From: Hyphochytrium catenoides
Lineage: Eukaryota > Protista > Hyphochytriomycota
DNA length: 64,000 bases
Assembly (NCBI GenBank): GCA_900088475.1
Contig: FLMG01000350.1
Location: 62,001 to 126,000, forward strand
Reading direction: 5' to 3'
In this document: positions 15,001 to 28,181 of the stretch, piece by piece
Numbering within the stretch: position 1 is the stretch's first letter
Layout of the letters: every line of letters starts with the position of its first letter
Notes under the pieces: generated by a model
Told to the model about the DNA's origin: nothing
The model's database searches: none
The model's input: the letters and a program-made list of their open reading frames with translations, nothing else
Position numbers and translations under genes: made by a program

Positions 15001-17987
15001 ACCTATCGCACTGAGCGGTCCAGACCAGGGTTCCTATCGAGGTAATCGGAACCAGCCCGGTGTCCTGAGTACCCAAAACCGCCAGTCATTAATCCAGATA
15101 GGCGGGTCGCCACAGCCCAAGGAAGAGTCCACGATCACAGGATTTACCACAAAACAGGAGCTAGACGTACCATCCTTCGTAAAACGAAGCCAAGACATAT
15201 TGGACTCATCTCACCTACGTATCGATCCCTTCTCGACTGAGATGATTCAAAAGCGTCGTATGAAGGCGATGGAGGAGGTCCCGATACTAGTCCGTCAGGC
15301 AGGAATTGCTTCAAGTATTATTTTTTGGTTGCTGACAGTCTTTTTGGTCCTCACGGTTTGGCGAGCTGAAGCCATTCTTGTGGCTCTATGGACCACCATG
15401 AGGTCTCCGTCTAGTGGGATGATCTCGCCAGCTTACCGTCGCGAGTATCGTCGTTACGTGGCATGGGATGAGTTCAAAAAGGCTATGAACGACCTGTTCA
15501 GCATCTGGTGAGATACATATCTTCAATTTGGAGAGGAATTGAGGAGAGGGTCATTACTGGCGTGAAAAATATGACTAGACAGCGGACGCGAGCAAATGTG
15601 AATACTGCAACACGGTGATTTGTTCTCTATTAGAGGGGTATATACGTTGCTAATGATTCTCTCCAGGCTCCCAACTAGTGGGTACCTTGGCCTGCGATGG
15701 TGGAGCAGCCGATGGTATCTGGCGGTGGCGATCGGGGTCCCATTCTTGTTGGTCTTTGGTATTCCCGCCGCTATTGGAGCCAGTTCAGCTTCTAGACTGG
15801 CCGCGAATATGGAAGTTTTGGTCCTATTATATATCTCCTTTTGGTATCTCCTCGTTGTAGTGTCGATCATCAGGCTTAGCAGGAGGGGTCGGGAATATTA
15901 TCACCAGCCTGAGCGTGAAGGAGTCCATCTCTGGCCTCCAAAAAAGTATTATGCCAATCAGGTAAGCCTTAATCTTCTTGCGAATAGGTCTGATTTCTCA
16001 GGGCTGCTATTAGATTGCCCTGATTTCCATCGTCGTGGAACTCATTCAGCAGAACTCTGACTCCCTTAAGGATACGATAAGGTAGGCCTAGCCAATAAAC
16101 AGCGGCAACTGTTTCTGAACGAAGCCATATAGGACCAATAACTCTGAGGTGTATTCGGAGACGTATGGTCCAGTGCTTGTCAGTTTCATTACCTTTTTCC
16201 ATCTGGATGGGCTAGTGCCCACCTCTCTAGCAGACAACCTTATCTATGTCATAGCCACGGTACGTACTTCATGTTATCTCAGATGTTGGACATAGGGTGC
16301 TAATGTACGCGCTCCTGCCAGATAAAGCGTTATGGAGTTATCCTGATGCTCTGCATCTGGTTGTTAATTCTCAAGCTCGCAAACAGATTCAAAACCCTGC
16401 ATGGGGTCAACTCTTTCCTGAGTATCCAGCTGCCGAAACTGATCTGTTCTGCCTTTTTTATGGTACTACAAAGAGTATCCCAGCTTTATCAGAGTAATAT
16501 TAGCTGCTTAAAGGCCTCTACGTGTACAGGGAGTGACGTCAACGTGCTTCTCATTTTTGGCGTGCAATATCTCTGAGGGGAAAGTTCGTCTGCGGATTAA
16601 TCCAGAGGTAGTATGTTGGACGGACGAACATAGCAGGTCTGTTCAATCCCATCTATAAAGGAATATAGCCGAGTGCTCTCTGACCCACACGCATATAGAT
16701 ATGCAATAACGGGACTCTTAGGGATTGGGATTTTTTTTCCGTTAGCCTGCTTAACCTACGGAATGACCCAGGTCAAGAGGGCTGCCCTCCACAAATAGAC
16801 AAGTTGTATCATTGCAGAACAGACCAGCCTCAGCATTTTACCTTTAGGGCTTTACTTCCACTTGGTTTGCTTATTAACTTTGCGTTGCTCTCGGAGTCTC
16901 CTATCACTTCTCGATAAGAAGTGCAGGAATCGCCTACAATACTAGCAAGGTATTACCCGCACTGGTTTGACGATCCTTCTTTTTTTTCTCCTTTGGTCCG
17001 CAGGTACTGTTTCCGGATGAGACCTTGGACATCCGGAGAGCACCAGTAATTGTGATGGCCACACAATTAATGCGTACCTTTATCATGTTGATCTCAACAT
17101 TTTTCCCGGAGCGCGTGGAGTGGATTATAATTAGTGGGGTCATGTCAAACCTTTGTATGACCTTGCTCACAGGATTGCTGCAATCAACGTCGTTTTGGTA
17201 AGTGGTTGAGTTCTTTAAGAGGTCCAGTTGGAGCATATGAGGACCAGCTCTTACCACTAAAAAAATCTAGGACTTTACGGGTAATACAGTCAGCCACCTA
17301 TGCATCTGCGTTTTGGACCGGCCTGTGCACGGTGACAGAGCTTGGGTCAAATGGGAAGGCCAGTAGTTTACTGGAAAGCCGTCGACTGTGGATGGGGTGG
17401 GCCGCAATTTTCGGGGCCGCCTCTGTCCTGGTACTGAGAGGGGTTAAACTTCGCAGCGATGAGGTCAAGCTTGAACTTGGTAAGAGCATCAAGAAGAGCG
17501 TACTTGCCCTTCAGCGCCGGAAACTTAAACTGTCCGAGCAAGAAGTCAATTTTTTGACGAAGGCCAGACAAAGTGCAGAGTTAGTAGAAGAAAGTCGGTG
17601 GCATCACCTGCGTACCTCTGCCACGCACGATTGGTACCCCGAAATCTGGAACATGGACGGGGAGGTTTCATTCGTTGGCAGTAGACCTAAACAAGAGTCT
17701 ACCAAGGGACGTAGTGGCGAGAGCTTTATATCAACGTGGCTTGAAACGCTCCCTTTCTGCTCAGAGAAACATCCATTTTTGAAGAAGTCAAAGAGTCTCA
17801 TCTCTTCTCCTTTGATGGAAAAGCATAACTTTATTGTCACATCCAAGATGATTGTAGATAAGCTGGCGTTAAGCAAATCGAAGCCTAATGCTTTCAAACA
17901 CCAGGTCCGACAACAGGTAATATGAAAACTCTGACATCAATAAAGAAATATTTGTAACAGATGGCTAGTTTCTTCAGCCTGCGCTAG
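4..17987 (+). CDS. Giant multi-exon protein (over 5,000 aa, 5' end probably upstream of the window): Leu-rich helical/ARM-like solenoid, cNMP-binding-like domain, C-terminal multi-pass TM module
   Basis: The + ORFs 20-346, 282-7040, 7110, 7379, 7897, 8195, 8575, 9293, 11556, 12591, 13616, 14735, 15620, 16346 and 17206 join in frame through short GT-AG introns (e.g. 254-317, intron ending 7327, intron ending 7874, 13545-13627, 14693-14731, 15509-15666, 17917-17960). Hydrophobic segments lie at about 15290-17450. The stop is 17987, or 17925 if the last intron is retained. Confidence 0.75.
4959..5000 (+). repeat. 21-bp tandem duplication inside the giant exon (PTIKSLD/PTIESLD)
   Basis: cccaccatcaaatcacttgat followed by cccaccatcgaatcacttgat, one mismatch, in frame. 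Confidence 0.9.
12512..12546 (+). repeat. 17-bp tandem duplication spanning a 5' splice site
   Basis: tgtgaaggtaaggcgca occurs twice, giving AAG|GTAAG donors at 12519 and 12536. Confidence 0.9.
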
Positions 17988-20900
17988 AGATCGGTGTCGG
18001 CAATGAAGTCTAACCCAGACGAGGGAACACAACCAACCAAGGTTGATTTCCCCAGCAGCTGCTCCCTAATCTTGAAGTTAGGTGCGCAGTCTTTGTCCTT
18101 GCCTTCATAATACGTCAAACCTAGGTATCTGAATCACGGTCAGCAGAACATAGGTCTACTCGTTACATGATTGGGGAATGGCGTACCCTCTTTGAGGCAT
18201 GCCGCTTCCTTCTTCCGAATACCAGCTGGCATTAAGTGTCCATCCAGGGATTAATTTGCCACGTTCCCAGCCAAAAAATGAGTCTTGCCAATTTTGTCCC
18301 TTAAGAGTTTTTGGTTTAGACAAGATGTGGAGAGTTGAGGAGAGCACCACTCAGCTGATTCTTACCGGTTCTTCTAAGGCTAAGAGCATCAACAAGCGAG
18401 CAATCTCCCTGTCCTCTCGCTGTGATAGTTCGAGCTCGTAGTACTCCTTTTATGCAACATCATCATGTGACCAAAATAAACGCATATGATCAGGTCAGAA
18501 TATCACCTGCGGCTTCATTGGTGACCAGAAATTGAGCCAGCCTATCCTATGGATGACATTAGCCGTTTCTCTTTCGTCCAGCTCAGCGAGGATCTGACAT
18601 TTCAAGAGTATGAGAGCAGTGAAGGGTATGCTATGGTTACTGACGTACTCGGTCAAAGTTCTCCAAATCAACAATGCGGGAAAAGAGTGTGATGACCGCC
18701 TCAATCCGAGAGCGTTGAAATTCAACTGGCCAACGTCTCAGAAGTGTCACGATCTGCTTTCCAATGTCATTGGTTTGGACTGCTCCTTAGTCTATCGAGG
18801 CAGAATGTGTACCTGGACCGAAGAGACGTTTTTCACAAAGACTTGCTGATGCAGCTCCATCAAAAACCTTGAAGCCGTCCACACCAGAGTCTACGAGCAA
18901 ATACCCAATAAGTCTCAAGGAGGGTCGATGAGGAAAAATGAGCAGCCTACCTCATTTTCTTTGTTAGTTATGCTAACTTGCTTGATGGTGTCAACCATAT
19001 CGTAATGCCCATTGGCACCAGAGGCCCGGAACCGGTGCAGGATCTCAAAAGTCTCTTTAGTTCTCTTTGGCTTATACGTCTCGTATGTTTGCTGGTAGAA
19101 GTCAAAGGGACGTCACAAGCAGTCGATACTTTCCACAAGGCGTAGTACGATAGAGCTACCGGCTCATTAGCTTCAGATCCATCTTCTGCTGTGAAGCGGA
19201 GAAGGAAGCAAGTCCTTAGACCTAATGATTCTGACTTGTCTGTGATGCCATAGGGGTGTAGACCCGATAAACGTAATGCTGAACTCTTACCTCTGCTGCC
19301 GCAAGATTCGTTAAAACTATCCAAACAAAGTGCCCTTATGACGTCCTGGAATCTGTCACCTCAGCTAGTCAGTTCAGGACACTTGCAACTGGTGACTGGT
19401 AAGGCTACTTGCCTGTTCGAGGACATAGCGGTTTCGGGGGAAGGTCTGCTGGTGGAAACATAATCTAACTCTAGGAAGCCCGATGGAGGCAGCTTGACCA
19501 TGAACTCAGTGTTTAGGGTAAGGCGCACCCCATTATAGTATTCATTTCGAAAATTGCTCCAGTTTCCCTGCACGTCTCGAGCTCAATGGCTAATCTAACA
19601 TCTTTTAAAATTCACTGAAGGGTGACGTACAGTTTGACTCAAATCTTGGATCGTGGGATTGGTCCGCTTCCTGTTCTCGACCTCCAGAACATTGGCTTCA
19701 ATTAGCCTTTTTAAAGCTAATCTGTCCATAGGGTCTGAAAGGTCCAGTCGGTAGTGCCCTGTCAGGAACTTTTTAGCAAATATTGGAGGCTTGGTATCGG
19801 TTTGGGTAACTACCGGTCAGCAACCCTACGATGGGACCGTAAGCCTGCCCCAAAAAGTGCTGCAGTCGACGTTTCTCCTTGCCGTCGAGGTTTGAGTTCA
19901 TCAGCAGATGGGCGTGACGGTTGCTCACCATGTAGGGAAGTAGCTTCAACAGTGCATGGACCTAGAAGATATGTTGACGAGTACGGTCTCAACTTTACTT
20001 AAACGACGGTTTTTTTGGCAGGTTTACCTTATCTAGTTCACCTAGAACTTCATCAAGCACTCTCTGCGCCTCGTCAGCTTTAAATAGCAGTTCTCCCATA
20101 ACGGTATCTAGCACTTGAACCTTGTTCTGGAGCTTGTTGAGGTTTTGAATTAACCTCGAGACGCCAGTTTCCGTTATTGTATGGCGACGAGGCTTCAGTT
20201 TTTGTAAGTCTTGCATTTCTATCTTCAGCTTGCCCTTAGGACAGAAAAATTGTCACCCATTGCCTGTGTCTCTCCAGTTAGAGCGATATACTTGTCCTTA
20301 CGTTATCCGGGAGATCGTAGGGGGCCCCTGAGCATTGTTCCACAAGAGGACGTATGGTCCTCTTCCTCTCCGCAAAAATGGTGTGCTTAAGGTACGAATG
20401 TCAGTCCTCGGGCGTTGTCTTGTCCGATATCTGTAGTTAGCCGTACCACGATGTCCACAAACTCGTCGAGCTCCACCTTTCCAGTGTTATTCATGTCATG
20501 ACGAGCAACCAGCTGTTCGGCTTCCCCCATGACTGGCTGTAGACCTAGAAGTCTAGAATAATGAAATTTATCAAGAACTTGCTGCCCTCACGGTCATGGT
20601 GGTTTAACTTCTTACCTCATCCCCTTTTCGAGCTCTGCAGCGGAGATGTCTCCCGAACCATCGACATCCAAGTCCCCAAACAACTTTGACAGGGTCAGAG
20701 CATGAAGCTGCGGCATATTATGCTTAAAAGGAATAACCGGGTGCCAGATGGCAAATATGAAGAGAAGGTACCTTGCCGTCATTCTCCAAAGTACAGATAG
20801 ATGCCCGCATGATTGGGTCACTCTTCCTCACTAACACGACATTTGTAAGTACGCCAGAGGCTGATGTATGCTCAACAGAGCACAGTTCGACACCAGGGCG

Positions 20901-23245
20901 TTGCTCTGCAATCCGAAAGATCTCTCGAGCTACTGCTCTATCGTACGCTGCTGTCATGTCTAAGACATGAGTCCCTTCAGAGAGAGGCAGTTTATTGAGC
21001 GCCTCTAAACTGTACTTTGAACGTAGGGTTAGCCTACCAGCAGGATTCTCGGAGTCGAACTTGTGACTATCATCGGTCCGCCCTCCTAGGTTGCAGTCGG
21101 ATAGATTGACTTCCAGATTTCGTGTCACTGGACCAGCCACATGCTGCAGAAGAGCTTTGCACCCTTTGCTCCCCAGAGGGTTACCTGGGGTTCAGGAAGA
21201 ATTTTCCTTAGTCCAACGGTCTGTTATTCTCTTCTACTGTGACTTTGCGAAAGCTGACCAGCTACCCCAATGTATTCGATCGTCTTATTCCGGTTCAAAC
21301 TGCTCGCAAGGACGTACGCAGCATGAGCGGAGATGTTGTTGTTTCCTAGCTCGAGCCTCAGCAATGCCTTGTTCATTGCCACTGCATCTGCTAGGCTGGA
21401 TGCTCCGGCATCACCAAAACCGTTATATGATAGATTGAGCTGATCAAAAGGAAGAGGTACGAAGAGATTATACATAGGTAGATGACCATGGTTCAGTCGC
21501 TTATCGTCTTTCTACCTCTGTCAAGGTGGCGTTAATCAGCAAGCTCTTTCCAATGTCAGAGGCACTGTTCAGTCGTATAGTATTCCAGCTGATATCCAGC
21601 TTCTTTAGTGTCCTATTCTCAGACAGCATTGACCCGATCGCCTTACCCCCTGTGATAACGGAGGGCTGACCCAAGAGAAAAATAGAGTTATGCGACTTAT
21701 CCGCAAAAAGAACATTGTTTTGTTGCGGGAGAAGTACGTACCATTACGACGTTGAGGCTTTCAGATGTTCCAATCACATTCTTCGATAAGTCAAGCTCGA
21801 GAATCGTAGTGTTTCTTCTCATAGCTTCCATTAGCACTCTGCACTCTCGGTCATCAATATCGGCCATGGAAACGACTAGCTTCTGCAGACGACAGTCTGG
21901 GTTGTTGATAAATGTGGCCAAATTTGCCGCTGCGACCACATCAATCTTGTTTCTGGAGAGGTCCAAGTGTACCTTGAAGGTGTCGGTTAACATAGATAGT
22001 CCATTGGCGAGGCATTACATTAGCAGACTTCAGATATGGTTACCAATTCAGACTTTTGTCTTAACGCAGCGAGCAGAGGAGCAAGGCCTGGCACGAAGAA
22101 GGGATTAGTTTATTGTGGCCAATTCGTCCTCCCAGGCCCTCTGCCTTACCCCTATCGCTGAGCCGGTTGTCTCTAACGTTGACACTCTCTATTGGATTTG
22201 GTAGGTTGGCAACACATTCTGCAAGCATGGAACAAAGGTCGTCGCCCATGCCTTGATGTTGCAGTTGGATGTTCTGGCAGTGTATGAGGTAAGACAGGTA
22301 CTTGATGAGGTGCAGTCCTTACACTTACAGGCATCAAGGACCTTCTAATGATAAGGTGTGCACGCGGAGGCAAACCTCTCTCCACCATTCTTCTCAGGAA
22401 CGTGTGGCGGGGGCTCGCTAGCTCTTCCGCTGTCAGGGGAAGATCGCACCCGCTATCCACCTCATTGATGACCGTTGGTACTTCTTTTGGACCATCGCTC
22501 AGCACTTAAGATCGTGATCAGATCGACATCTGAGAGTTAGTCGGAGTCGTTGTTTCATCGTACTACCTGGAAGGACGACCTTTGCTTTCGGGACACAAGT
22601 ACCTCTGCTCGCATCGGACGCCTTTTGTGCCAATTTATTATAGATACTGGTAAACTCTCGTGCCTGACGAGCATGTCGAGAGTCAAATGGAGCATTCACA
22701 AAAGAAAATTAGGAACTTCAGGAACACCTTTCTCTCGTCAAAGTCAGTTCTCATCACGCAGGGGATGGGGGATACAGCCCTGACATTGTCCGTTAATCGA
22801 TCCAACCGACCTAGACGACAAGGATATCAGTACTAAGTGCTGGTGCTTATTAGAGTCTTAACATCCCGCAAGTAATGGCCATACCTGGCTTTGGGGGTGA
22901 AGGATGGTGCCCACTTCCTCGCATTAAGGCTTGGAAAGCCTCCTCCTCTCGTTCTAAGCTCTTCTTTCGTCGACTAAATAAGCTGTCCACATCTTGGTTT
23001 CCAGCACTTAATGGCCGCTGGAGACTCGCGGATATATCGCAACTATCTCTGACACCATTTGATTGGCTAATTATAGGTGAAGCTGTTGCCATACAAGTGG
23101 TTGGAGTCCATGACCCAGTCAATAAAGCCGGGTTATCGTGGAGGAAGATTTTCTCAGGAGCCTCTGCTGGCAGTAAGCGCTGATCCTTCAAGTGATCTCT
23201 GCCGCTGTTACTACCCTTAGCGTTAGACTTGCTTGGGCTGGCCAT
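17984..23245 (-). CDS. Leucine-rich repeat (RI-like) and EF-hand protein with an extended C-terminal domain, multi-exon
   Basis: LRRs: LDLSRNKID, LELDLSKNVIG, LNLSYNGFGDAGASSLA, LELGNNNIS. EF-hands: DLDVDGSGDISAAEL and HDMNNTGKVELDEF. C-terminal blocks GNWSNFRNE..GFLELDYVST and HRIGWLNFWSPMKP. Start MASPSK at 23245. The last intron 18129-18186 gives ...IADTDL* ending at 17984. Confidence 0.8.
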
Positions 23246-24438
23246 GGTGAATATTGAACTTCAAGCGTGTGTCTGATGTGGCTCCGTCAGCCTCGAAATT
23301 TTTGTCCCCGAGCCTACCACCCTTACGATCAGTCGGCGGCGGTTAAAGTATGGACTCATCAGCTTGTTCAGGAGCAATCCCTCTGTCCAGTCGCCAGCCA
23401 CTGTAAACCAGCTGCTAGCGGCGGCAGCAGGAGACACTGCACATGAAAAGCTTCTTGTTTGGGCCGCATACACGACGCTAAAAGAGTTTGTATCGGCATA
23501 TACGCCGCGCCGAAGATACTGTGAGTGAATGTAAGGGTCAGAAGAGTTGTTCCGGCAGCCAGTTGAAAGGTCAGTCTTTGTGTTTTTCCTTCTCCGCTGC
23601 TCCCATCATCGCGTCTAACGAGCCTTTTTAAAAGAAGCGGCGGCGGAACAGTACTACCGTTTTATACCTTTTACTTACCGTCGCAGTTATCATCCCAGTA
23701 ATAGAAGATGTAACGTCTTCAAACAATGACATCTCGTCTCCCTCTTACCACAAAGATTACTTAGCTAACACGAGCACTCTGTCTCCTCTGCTGGAGCGAA
23801 TGTTTGGAGTACTGTAACGACTCGACTCATCCTTCCTTGTGGTGAAGAACATGATGTAGGTAGTACATGATCGCCCACATACCACAATAGTCACGGAAGA
23901 GCAAGGTGCGAGAGGATGAAGCGACCTCGGGAACCTCCTCCTTCCTCTCGTCCCGTTCCTTCCATCATCGCAGCTTTCCCACATCTTCATTTTTGGGTTG
24001 ACCTGGGCTTTCCACAGCCTCATTATTATACTAGTAAAGCGTCTCAAATAACTATCATGCTATTGCTTCCATTAGTGAAAGATCGACTTCCCTCAAAGGT
24101 GTAGTTGGTGCGGTGGTGACGGATACTACTGAGCCCTTCTTCTGAAGAATTACGAGCTCAAAGATCGACGGCGGCGTGCCGCTTCGCTTTCACTCGCCTA
24201 CTACGAAACTCTCGCATCGGAGGAGGACGTTTGACGTCACTATTGCTACCTCTTCGCCGGAGGACGTTGTTTGAGGGCACTGAAGAAGCGACTCCTTAGT
24301 CGGAGGATAGCTTTACTACTACTCTGATTAAGATGTCCTTATAAAAGCAACCCACTAAACGGGCACTACTAAGATAATGAGGAGGTTGTATTCCTAGTCT
24401 GAGCTTACTAACTATTCTATTGAATTGATCAACCATGT

Positions 24439-25236
24439 AAGGAAGACGAGTGTGACGGGCAAGGAAAACCTATGACGAGCATTAATCATTAATAGAGAGT
24501 CTAGAGGACAACGTGTTTGCGTAATAGCTTCTCCTTACACTTTCTACCCTTCTAAGTAATAACCTTTCCACGTCCTCTGAACAGAAGGGGCGGGAAACAA
24601 AACGAAGAAGGAGGGTGTGCTCTCTGTTTTGCCAAAAGTCTATGAGAAAATCGTCCGCATGAGTAACCATAGCCTCTGGTTCTCAAGAAGCATCGTGGTC
24701 CGGGTAACCCTTCCTCTTAAGTATTGACGACGTCCTTTGAACAAACGCGTATCTCTCTAATATAGCTTCTACCTCGAACTCCTCATGTCCATCGACTATT
24801 TATATCTGGCGGAGGCCTATCGTGTTTGTCTGTGACTCCATAGGAGAAGATGGTCCTTCAACTGCGAAACATGAAAGACAGGGTGGTGACTGTTTGTACG
24901 TAACCGGTAGAGTTAGACGGTTTTATGCTGTAGCAGAGATCAATCGTTATATCGGAAAGTGGCCCTGATCCGTTCGTAATGAGAAGTCAGAGCAGAGGTT
25001 TTGATCAGGACCATATCACCAACCTTAAAGCTGACATCTTTGCGATGCTCGTTGGCCTGTAGTGCTTGAGCTTGTTGTTGTGCCCGGCGAAGATTGTCCC
25101 CGGGGGCTCATTGCAGTCCAGTCTCAATGGCTCAGCTACGAAATGGAAGGAAGATGAGTGTGACGGGCAACGAAAAGTTATGAACGAGCATGAATCATTT
25201 AATAGGGAGTCTAGATGACAACGTGGGCTTGCGTAA
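24439..25236 (+). repeat. Diverged direct repeat pair of about 87 bp (24439-24524 and 25147-25236)
   Basis: aaggaagaYgagtgtgacgggcaa..tatga..gagcat..aatcatt.aatag.gagtctaga.gacaacgtg..ttgcgtaa is seen twice, about 710 bp apart. Confidence 0.8.
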
Positions 25237-26733
25237 GGAGGAGGTTTCTCCTTGCAAACAAGATAGTCCCAAATGAGTGAAAGGATGATGTAAATGAGTG
25301 AAAGTCTTGGACAACAGAGGAGGGTGATGATCATAATAATTGTCCACCAATGCAAGGTCCTTGCCGGGGGGCCTGCAAAACTCTTCATCATGCAACTAGT
25401 TGTGCCTCCTTGTGCAGTAGATGGACATGACGACATGATGTGATGATGCTAGATGCCGTGGCGCGGTCATGATGAGGAGCTTACGTTCCTTCTTTGACCT
25501 GACTAACCGCCCCATTTGGTGGGTTCACCCTCGCTAGGGGGCTAGGAATGCCTCGATGGTGTTGTTGTCCCAACACTGAATGCCCTTGCCTAATGGGTTT
25601 GGTCTTGCTGTTGTGCAGCACAGCACCAACTGGCAAGCGCAGGCGTCTTTGGTGGGTAGTGTACTCGTAGTAGTAGAAGCAACAACTTTCCTTTCCAATC
25701 TTCTTGGGTTCTTTTTGTACTGGTGATGATTGAGAGTCGTGGGGGTAGGAACTTTGTTGTCAATACCCCTACAGTAGTATCAATGGAATACTTCTACCAC
25801 AGTGTTCTACTGTTTTGTCGTCAGTTTTTCTGGACAAAAGGACAGTAGGCAATATAATGTCGATGCTGTTGTTAGGCGTGCACTGTACCACATGTACTGG
25901 GATGATGCTCGCCATCTCACTCTTTTTTGTAAACACACATGCTCAATCTTTCTCAGTCACACTCTTTCGGTCTCTCTCTCTCTCGCACGCCACACTCTTA
26001 CTCTCACTCGCTCTCGATCTTCAACGAATGACGTGATTTTGCTCCTGGCTCTTTCTTCGAGAGGTGAGACAGACGTGAAGTGTACGGATTACGGACATTA
26101 TTTATAATAGAAGCCAGAAACATGCGGGCAAATTAAATATATATATCGATTAATTACGAATCTGCTCCGTTTATGATGTTCAGCAGTCTTGGTGGACTTT
26201 TGACGCTGATGACTATGTGACTTTCTGACCACGCCCTTCCCTTCCAAGCTACTCAGTGGGAAAAGAGGGCGTTTGAGAGATCAAGTTTACTGATGCCATG
26301 TCATCATCGGTACTTGGACACGAGCCGCCAATGCATCGTCTGTGCTCCCCAGCTTGCTATTATAGGTGACAAGAACCGAAGACGGCGCGACTACTACTAC
26401 CTTGGGGATTGAGGGACTAGACAGGAAGCAGTTTTTTCCTTTGTCATCAATCGTCTTACTTCCCTTAACAGCGTAGCCGAGCTGGGGAAGCTTGCGTGAT
26501 TGCATTACAAAGGAAACTGCTGTTTGGATGCTCGGCTGAAGAGGCACTAACTTGTGATTCGCTTGAGAGGTAGCGCCTCTGCTTAGAAGCTTGATTGAAT
26601 ACGTCCGGCTCAGGGTGGAGAAGAAGTTGTAAACCGCGTTCCATGAACCGTGGTAGTGGTCAATCTTTCCCTCCTTAACTCTCGGGAGATCAGTCAAAGC
26701 AAGCATTTGAAGTAAGTGCACCCGTCGTGTGGT

Positions 26734-28156
26734 ATGGCAACGACGATGGAGGAGCAGTACAGAGGGGCATACGGTATGTTATTTGCCTGCTTTGGAGTAA
26801 CGTATAGAAAGCAAAACTTGTGACCTTCATACTGCTCTAGTTACTCCATGGTGGTATGAGCCACTAGCAGACTTCATAGGTGAGTCCCACACTTGCAACT
26901 TGGTAACGTCAATGTCATCGCACTAAGCTTCATGTTTAATGGCATAGCCGGCACTGTTGGAGGTGTTTCAGGTAATCCAAGTCTTACGCTATTCACCTTT
27001 CGACTCTCGTTGCTCACTAATTCTGACTGTGTCCTAGGCAAACTAATAGAATACCCCTTTGACACGGTCAAGGTAAGGGCGTTTCCACTGTAGACACTGT
27101 AGATCTAGTCGTTTGATGTTGAATGACTGTGATTAGGTCAAGCTGCAGCTTCATCAGGGTCAAGACACCCGTCTGCAACAAGGCCCTATCGCAATGTTGC
27201 GAAACGTTTGGGAGAAGGAAGGACTAAAAGGCTTATATAGAGGGTTGCCGGCACCCTTAGTGGGGACCACTATAGAAACTGCGATGCTGTTCACTGCGAT
27301 GGGAGCAATCAAGAAGGTAATAGAACCTTCTTGAGGGAGAACTTATCTATTTGCTGGGACTCACAGTCTATGGTCAAAGTATTTATTTGGTGAGAAAGAT
27401 CACCTCAAGCTATCGGACACATGTATTGCCGGAGGAGCCACTGGTTTCTTCATAGCCTTCATTTTGACTCCGATAGAACTGGTCAAGTGCCGCATGCAAG
27501 CGCAAGTTGCACAGCCGGTTCAGCTGTACCGCAACTCCTTTGACTGCCTAAGGTCCTCGGTGCGAAATGAAGGACTCAGAGTTCTATGTAAGTCATAACC
27601 TTGGTTAATGAGCATATCGAACGCTTAGTGTTCACTTCAAATGAAGACAAGGGGCATGTCCCAACCCTTGTAAGGGAAATCCCAGGTACGGCAGCCTGGT
27701 TTGGAACCTATGAAGGCGTTCTCCACCTGCTTGGACGGCATGATCGGGACTCGAAGAACCCGTTGCGCATCATTGCAGCAGGTCAAAGATAAACCTATGA
27801 CTCCCTCCTTATGACATACTAATCAATATTTGGTAGGTGGAATGGGAGGCCTGGCCTACAACTTCATTCTTTACCCAGCAGACACGGTGAAGTCCACCTA
27901 TCAAACACAAACGACGGACCGTTCATTGATGACTGTAGCCAGGTGGGTATTGATTATTTGAAGACGACCTCGTCACGTAAAAGCTTACGGCTGCTCTATT
28001 AGGGATATTTATAGAACGGGCGGCGTACAGGGTTTTTATCGAGGACTTCAGCCCACTTTACTGAGGGCATTCCCCGCCAACGCAGCAATATTTCTAGCTT
28101 ATGAGTCTGTAAGTAGAGCGATGAGAACGCTCAGCCCATTTAAATTATCAACATAA
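26734..28156 (+). CDS. Mitochondrial carrier (SLC25), ornithine/carnitine/basic amino acid carrier-like, multi-exon
   Basis: Three PX[DE]XX[KR] signatures (YPFDTVKVKLQ, TPIELVKCRMQ, YPADTVKS), plus EGLKGLYRG, REIPG and RAFPANA. Confidence 0.92.
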
Positions 28157-28181
28157 CAAACTATGGCTTGATTAATGGAAT

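Noticed and set aside
282-17925. Treating the consecutive + ORFs as an operon, frameshifted pseudogene or alternative genetic code
   Set aside because: The breaks examined are explained by short GT-AG introns with compatible phase.
26287-26721. 144-aa minus ORF
   Set aside because: Non-ATG start, no motifs, and it occupies the carrier gene's promoter region.
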